This document shows positions 27,201 through 28,622 of a DNA stretch of 28,622 nt, piece by piece. The position numbers were made by a program, and so were the translations under genes. The notes beneath the pieces are model-generated. The model did not search any database, was not told the origin of the DNA, and saw nothing but the letters and a program-made list of their open reading frames with translations. The DNA comes from Candidatus Latescibacterota bacterium (GTDB lineage: Bacteria; Latescibacterota; UBA2968). The stretch is from the NCBI GenBank assembly GCA_038279365.1, contig JAYODI010000014.1, forward strand, positions 38,508 to 67,129, written 5' to 3'. Each line of letters opens with the position of its first letter. The first letter of the stretch is position 1.

Positions 27201-28622
27201 CCACTGTTCGGGCTTATGTGGGGGCATCGACACAGCGCAGGGATGTAGGGGGGGGATACGGTTCTTATGGTCAGCAACCTCTTCGGTCTGCATTTGGATT
27301 TGGAGCGACAGCAGCAACCATTGACTCTCTGGTGGTCAATTGGCCTTCTGGTGTCCATCAAACGTTGACCTCTGTGACCCTCAACGATACGATGACGGTT
27401 ATTGAACCCTCACTGCCAGAAGGCAATTTTATATATGGGTTGAATTTTGATGGTACGGATGATGTGATCATTGTACCCGATGCGGCTTCGCTTGATCTGA
27501 CCACATCTTTGACACTTGAGGCTTGGGTTAAAGTATCGTCGTTACCAGGTTCACCTGCGGCTGTTGTTAGCAAGCCTCGGAATTCGACAGGTGCGGGTTA
27601 TTTGTTGCATTTGGATGCCTCTGGCGTTGTAAAGTTTAATTTGAACGACAACACCACCAATGTGGTGTTGTCATCGGGCAACAATACTTTTGTTACAAAC
27701 AAATGGTTCCACATAGCGGGTGCCTGGGATGGTACGTCGGCAAAGCTATATGTTGATGGGATATTGGTGGGAGAAACGGCTGCCGCGATAACCCTTCAAA
27801 ACAGCGCGGAAGATTTGCGCATAGGTCAATTGGCGAGTGGATTGGCCTATCAATTTGCTGGGCAAATTGACGAAGTGCGCGTGTGGGGGGATGCCCGTAC
27901 ACAAAGTGAAATTTCACACAAGATGAATACGGTATTGGCGAGCAACGAAGCTGGGTTGGTTGCCTATTGGCGTTTCGACGATGGGGTGGGTTCGACACTT
28001 AACGATGAAACATCAAATGCCAACCATGGTAGCCTCACCAATATGCAAGGAATAAGTGATTGGGTAGACGCAGAGCACCTCCATCAAATCGTTGTCGATT
28101 TGCCTTCTGCTTACACGGGTGTTTTGCCTGGTATTGATTTAGGGGGTGATCCGTTAACCTTTAGTATTCAAGTAAATGGCACCCGAGGCAATGCTGTTAT
28201 AGACAATGCCAGCACGGGCGCATTTACATACACACCATCCAACGGCAATGGCACTGTTGACAGTTTGGTATATCGCATCAGTGATGGTGTCTCTTTTGAC
28301 GATGAAGCCATCAAAATTGTGTTGCTGTCATCTTCGTTTACCAATGTGGCAGCATCGGCAAATGTGAATGATTCTGGGAATGCAAGGGGCACTGCTTGGG
28401 CAGATTATGACGGGGATGGTTTGCTTGATTTGTACGTGGCTAAAAATGGCGCCAATGTGCTGTATCGCAATGGCGGTGGTGGCACATTTACCAATGAATC
28501 AACGGCGGCGGGTGTAGGTAGTGGGGGAGATGATTGGGGCGTTGCTTGGGCAGATTATGATGGGGATGGGGATTTGGATCTTTGGGTGGGGTCTGGAACG
28601 GATGTGTTGTTTGAAAACAATG
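18260..28622 (+). CDS. Giant secreted FG-GAP/ASPIC-UnbV (CRTAC1-like) repeat protein with LamG and Ig/cadherin-like domains, 3'-truncated by window edge (>=3454 aa)
   Basis: Frame 2 begins ATG TTT CGA (MFRLDHF...VRRRLSKSKGLALLLTLVFCLIDSYGTVCQA|QTYTDVASSAGV) after an in-frame TAG at 18215. The motifs read in frame 2 at the start, throughout and at the window end, and the ORF track shows no terminated frame-2 ORF here, consistent with no stop. 44 DxDxDGDxD-type loops counted. Confidence 0.92.
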   Translation, partial: MFRLDHFSHNSFINHSNSVRRRLSKSKGLALLLTLVFCLIDSYGTVCQAQTYTDVASSAGVVTALAGRGLNAADYDGDGDLDFYLNGVSVANVLYRNNGDGTFTNVASTALVNDAGASHGASWADFDNDGDLDVFVANIGGANRLYRNNGDGTFTDIGSSAGIQDAATQSNSSPWGDFDGDGDLDIYVANNGTDVSRLYRNNGDNTFTDIASSAGVSGSGINNKAGSSWSDYDGDGDLDIYVSSASTTNLLFRNDGGNTFTEVGSAAGVGNSGASQTHVWGDFDNDSDFDLYVTYQDSSTPNSLYRNNGDGTFTDISGTAGVGATVIGRGTIMADYDLDGDLDIYVSNQGSANLLYRNNGDNTFTDIASSEGVANGTNNSGGAVWADFDNDNDLDLFLRNDTQSNALFQNAGNANNWLHVKLDDVVGPPSGVGARIIAVSTGLRQVREPDGGSGYLAQNALPIEFGFGGTTTIDSLIVHWPSGITFDTTNVATNQALTIEENLTTFTEMATSAGVDDSGDDEGVAVGDFDGDGDLDIFVAVSSAANFLYQNNGSNSFANIANAAGVDDATDTRSAAWGDYDGDGDLDIYATVVGGNNSLYRNNGNSTFTDQGGPTGTNDSGNGLAVSWVDFDNDGDLDISVGTSQVANRLYQNDGGGTFTDIGGMGGGTNLIHYAIGWADFDDDGDQDAYMKDGDSGGGFAVGQLFRNDGGGSFTDIGVSAGVQGTSGVTLGVSWGDYDNDGDLDLYLANTNVANDLFLNNGNNTFTNVATTLGVDDTGESYGGLWADYNSDGDLDLYVPLVGTADLFFDNDGNTFVEIGTPIGIVDNTGNSRGATVADFDGDGDLDIFKAKNGSANKYWRNDGPIGRYLNIKLTGTVSNNLGIGAVVRAWNGGNVQRRDLDGGAGYPTRPTSQIQFGFDGNTTTIDSLTVDWPSGTHQKLTTEPTNQVLSLTEPSPPEGNFAYGLDFDGTDDAVTVPDASSLDLTTALSLEAWVKVPTLPGATQAIVSKARNASGAGYALLVHTSGIIIFNLNDNTTNIEAVSPTNTLVANQWMHIAGTWDGTTAKLYVDGILVATQAASITLQNSTEDLRIGQFASGLAWTLLGAVDEVRVWNDERTRSEITTYMNTVVASNEAGLVAYWRLDDGMGTTVEDLTANSNDGTMVNMSSSTDWVGAIHDHQIVVNAPSVYTGVLPATDPDGDPLTFSIQVDGNKGAAVVTNASTGAFTYTPIDGSGGADSFTYRITDGTYNVDKVVKVLNISATFTEVANSLGLDHSGNAKGSWVDFDGDSDLDLFLATDGGANVLYRNDAGTWNDVTSAAGVVDANSATDIAWGDLDNDGDLDAYLPLQGIANKLYRNNNDGTFTEVGGTAGVGNGSTQGFTTAFADYDRDGDLDIHLGNNATANVLFRNDGGLTFTATSEMTDAGNARSGSWGDYNNDGYPDLYLSNFSQANVLYQNNADGTFTDVASGQSMNDVSNGSGSSWGDFDNDGDLDLAVVMTSTAKHLWRNDGGGTFTDIGVASGVADASDDDYSSSWADFDADGDLDLYVTTAKLNQLFLNNGDNTFINVATITGTTGNNTVDQAGVWGDYDGDGDLDLYVSVNGASNLLFRNDGNSNRWLSVNLQGSNHIDGIGAKVITVISGLRQLREVNNGDGLYGQSSISQAFGFGSTTTVDSLIIKWPSGKTFDTTNVATNQVLTLAEPEVVSFIEIAGTAGVNSASNEMGAVLGDFDGDGDQDIFVPASSTANRLYRNDGALSFTDIASSAGVATTTDERGASWGDYDNDGDLDLYVTQVSGANFLYQNNGDNTFTDVASAAGVANTNNGQSVSWVDFDRDGDVDIHVTVTSGVASVLYQNDGTGNFTDVASAAGVNTATNDVSVTWVDFDQDGDIDFYQAINTGAVNNLFSNNGDGTFTDVASGAGVTGAAGDNTEGAAFADFNNDGYPDLYVGNSSVANKLFKNNGNGTFTDVATTANVNTPSGYGIAWGDADNDGYLDLFVTRPSGAEKFYLNNTDETFLDWTGIGNLTGSGAGRGAAFGDLDADGDLDLYVSYYGAANRLYQNNGNTNRYLHVVLNGSISNANGLGAQITAVTGGLRQTHYVDGGSGQFSQPSIPVEFGFGTITTVDSLIVDWPSGKQFDTTNVATNQVLTIVEPPPTFTDVAATAGVDVAGNTAGAAWGDYDADGDLDLFVSDGGSANLMYENAAGVFTDVATAKGLDDAGQSEGVVWVDYDNDGDLDLYLAQGSTSTSRLYQNSGSATFTEVGSAAGVATSSSDLTVSWADYDNDGDADFYLGVHAGADYLFKNNGNGTFTNVAGTDIPTNSTNARGVAWADYDGDGDPDLFVTNLSTDPNLLFSNDGDGTFTEVGATAGVNDTGESYGAAWGDFDNDGDFDLYMSNGVVGTNRLYQNNGNATFTDIGSSAGVDNTANSRGPAWVDIDNDGDLDLYDVADGANILYENQGNNTFLNRTVATGLGGLSSADTYGSAWADYDNDGDLDAYVVNVAGGVNLLYRNNGNTNNWLQVALSANASNASAMNAVVKTVAGGLVQYRQIDGGSGLYTQGSLALEFGLGGASTADSIIVFWPSGKIFDTTNVAVNQSLTIEENLTAFTAVTGSPININQTGAFAVSWVDYDVDGDFDLYAGYNNTVNRLIRNDGGGTFVDVSAAPVNNGGATFGAAWGDYDSDGDPDLYMVNSGTANFLFRNDGGGTFTDQTSGPLGDTGIGRGVGWFDYDNDGDLDLYLSNYTSSNRLFRNDGGGTFVDVGGTTANTGANTGMGLGDYDDDGDVDIYVTSIASEANALYRNNGDGTFTTQTGVMDDTVNGQSPVWGDYDNDGDLDLYIGNLGSADKLYRNNGDNTFTDISTSSNVLNPNSGTSVAVADYDNDGDLDVYVSISPSANNILYLNSGNGVFGDVANGLGVVGSSNSQGASWGDYDGDGDLDLYVMEEASPNHLYRNDGNSNGYLGVDLSGTISNIDGVGATVRAYVGASTQRRDVGGGYGSYGQQPLRSAFGFGATAATIDSLVVNWPSGVHQTLTSVTLNDTMTVIEPSLPEGNFIYGLNFDGTDDVIIVPDAASLDLTTSLTLEAWVKVSSLPGSPAAVVSKPRNSTGAGYLLHLDASGVVKFNLNDNTTNVVLSSGNNTFVTNKWFHIAGAWDGTSAKLYVDGILVGETAAAITLQNSAEDLRIGQLASGLAYQFAGQIDEVRVWGDARTQSEISHKMNTVLASNEAGLVAYWRFDDGVGSTLNDETSNANHGSLTNMQGISDWVDAEHLHQIVVDLPSAYTGVLPGIDLGGDPLTFSIQVNGTRGNAVIDNASTGAFTYTPSNGNGTVDSLVYRISDGVSFDDEAIKIVLLSSSFTNVAASANVNDSGNARGTAWADYDGDGLLDLYVAKNGANVLYRNGGGGTFTNESTAAGVGSGGDDWGVAWADYDGDGDLDLWVGSGTDVLFENN
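18407..27415 (+). repeat. Six complete ~1.35 kb modules, each seven FG-GAP repeats plus one ASPIC/UnbV domain
   Basis: Approximate modules: 18407-19770, 19771-21130, 22045-23375, 23380-24725, 24730-26080, 26085-27415. Each has seven ~50 aa repeats (W[GAV]D[YF]DxDGDLDxY...LYxNxG..TFTD) and ends FG[FL]...DS...WPSG. A seventh module starts near 28330. Confidence 0.88.
21140..22040 (+). repeat. LamG-like jellyroll + Ig/cadherin-like domain, copy 1
   Basis: LDFDGTDDAV...SLEAWVK...QWMHIAGTWDGTTAKLYVDG...GAVDEVRVW...GLVAYWRLDDG, then ATDPDGDPLTF...GAFTYTP...DSFTYRITDG. Confidence 0.8.
27425..28325 (+). repeat. LamG-like jellyroll + Ig/cadherin-like domain, copy 2
   Basis: LNFDGTDDVI...TLEAWVK...KWFHIAGAWDGTSAKLYVDG...GQIDEVRVW...GLVAYWRFDDG, then GDPLTFSIQ...GAFTYTP...DSLVYRISDG. 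Offset from copy 1 is 6285 nt. Confidence 0.8.

Noticed and set aside
18600-28392. Many 60-120 aa ORFs on both strands in the ORF track
   Set aside because: All are off-frame or antisense shadows of the giant frame-2 ORF.
18407-28622. CRISPR array or non-coding tandem repeat suggested by recurring gatggtgatttggat-like strings
   Set aside because: Repeats are degenerate at third codon positions, in frame and ~150 nt apart, so they are protein-coding FG-GAP repeats.

Overview
Bacterial chromosomal window, moderate GC, with a G/T-rich + strand and all genes but one on +. In order: (1) 3' part of a TamB-family gene; (2) an asparagine-synthetase-like gene on - lacking the catalytic N-terminal Cys; (3) a DUF362 protein; (4) an Sfp-type phosphopantetheinyl transferase; (5) two tandem ABC exporter paralogs with an extra N-terminal domain and Cys4 zinc ribbon, the first interrupted by one in-frame TAA, followed by a DUF1854-like gene; (6) SppA; (7) a GldA/GldF/GldG-like ABC operon plus DUF4340, preceded by a CIRCE (HrcA)-like operator; (8) a giant ORF absent from the supplied ORF track, from 18260 off the window end (>=3454 codons). 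The giant ORF encodes a secreted protein of tandem seven-repeat FG-GAP propeller + ASPIC/UnbV modules interspersed with LamG and Ig/cadherin-like domains in a ~6.3 kb higher-order repeat, behind a sigma54-like promoter and IHF-like site. No RNA genes, CRISPR arrays or mobile elements were seen. Family assignments come from motif recognition, not database searches.
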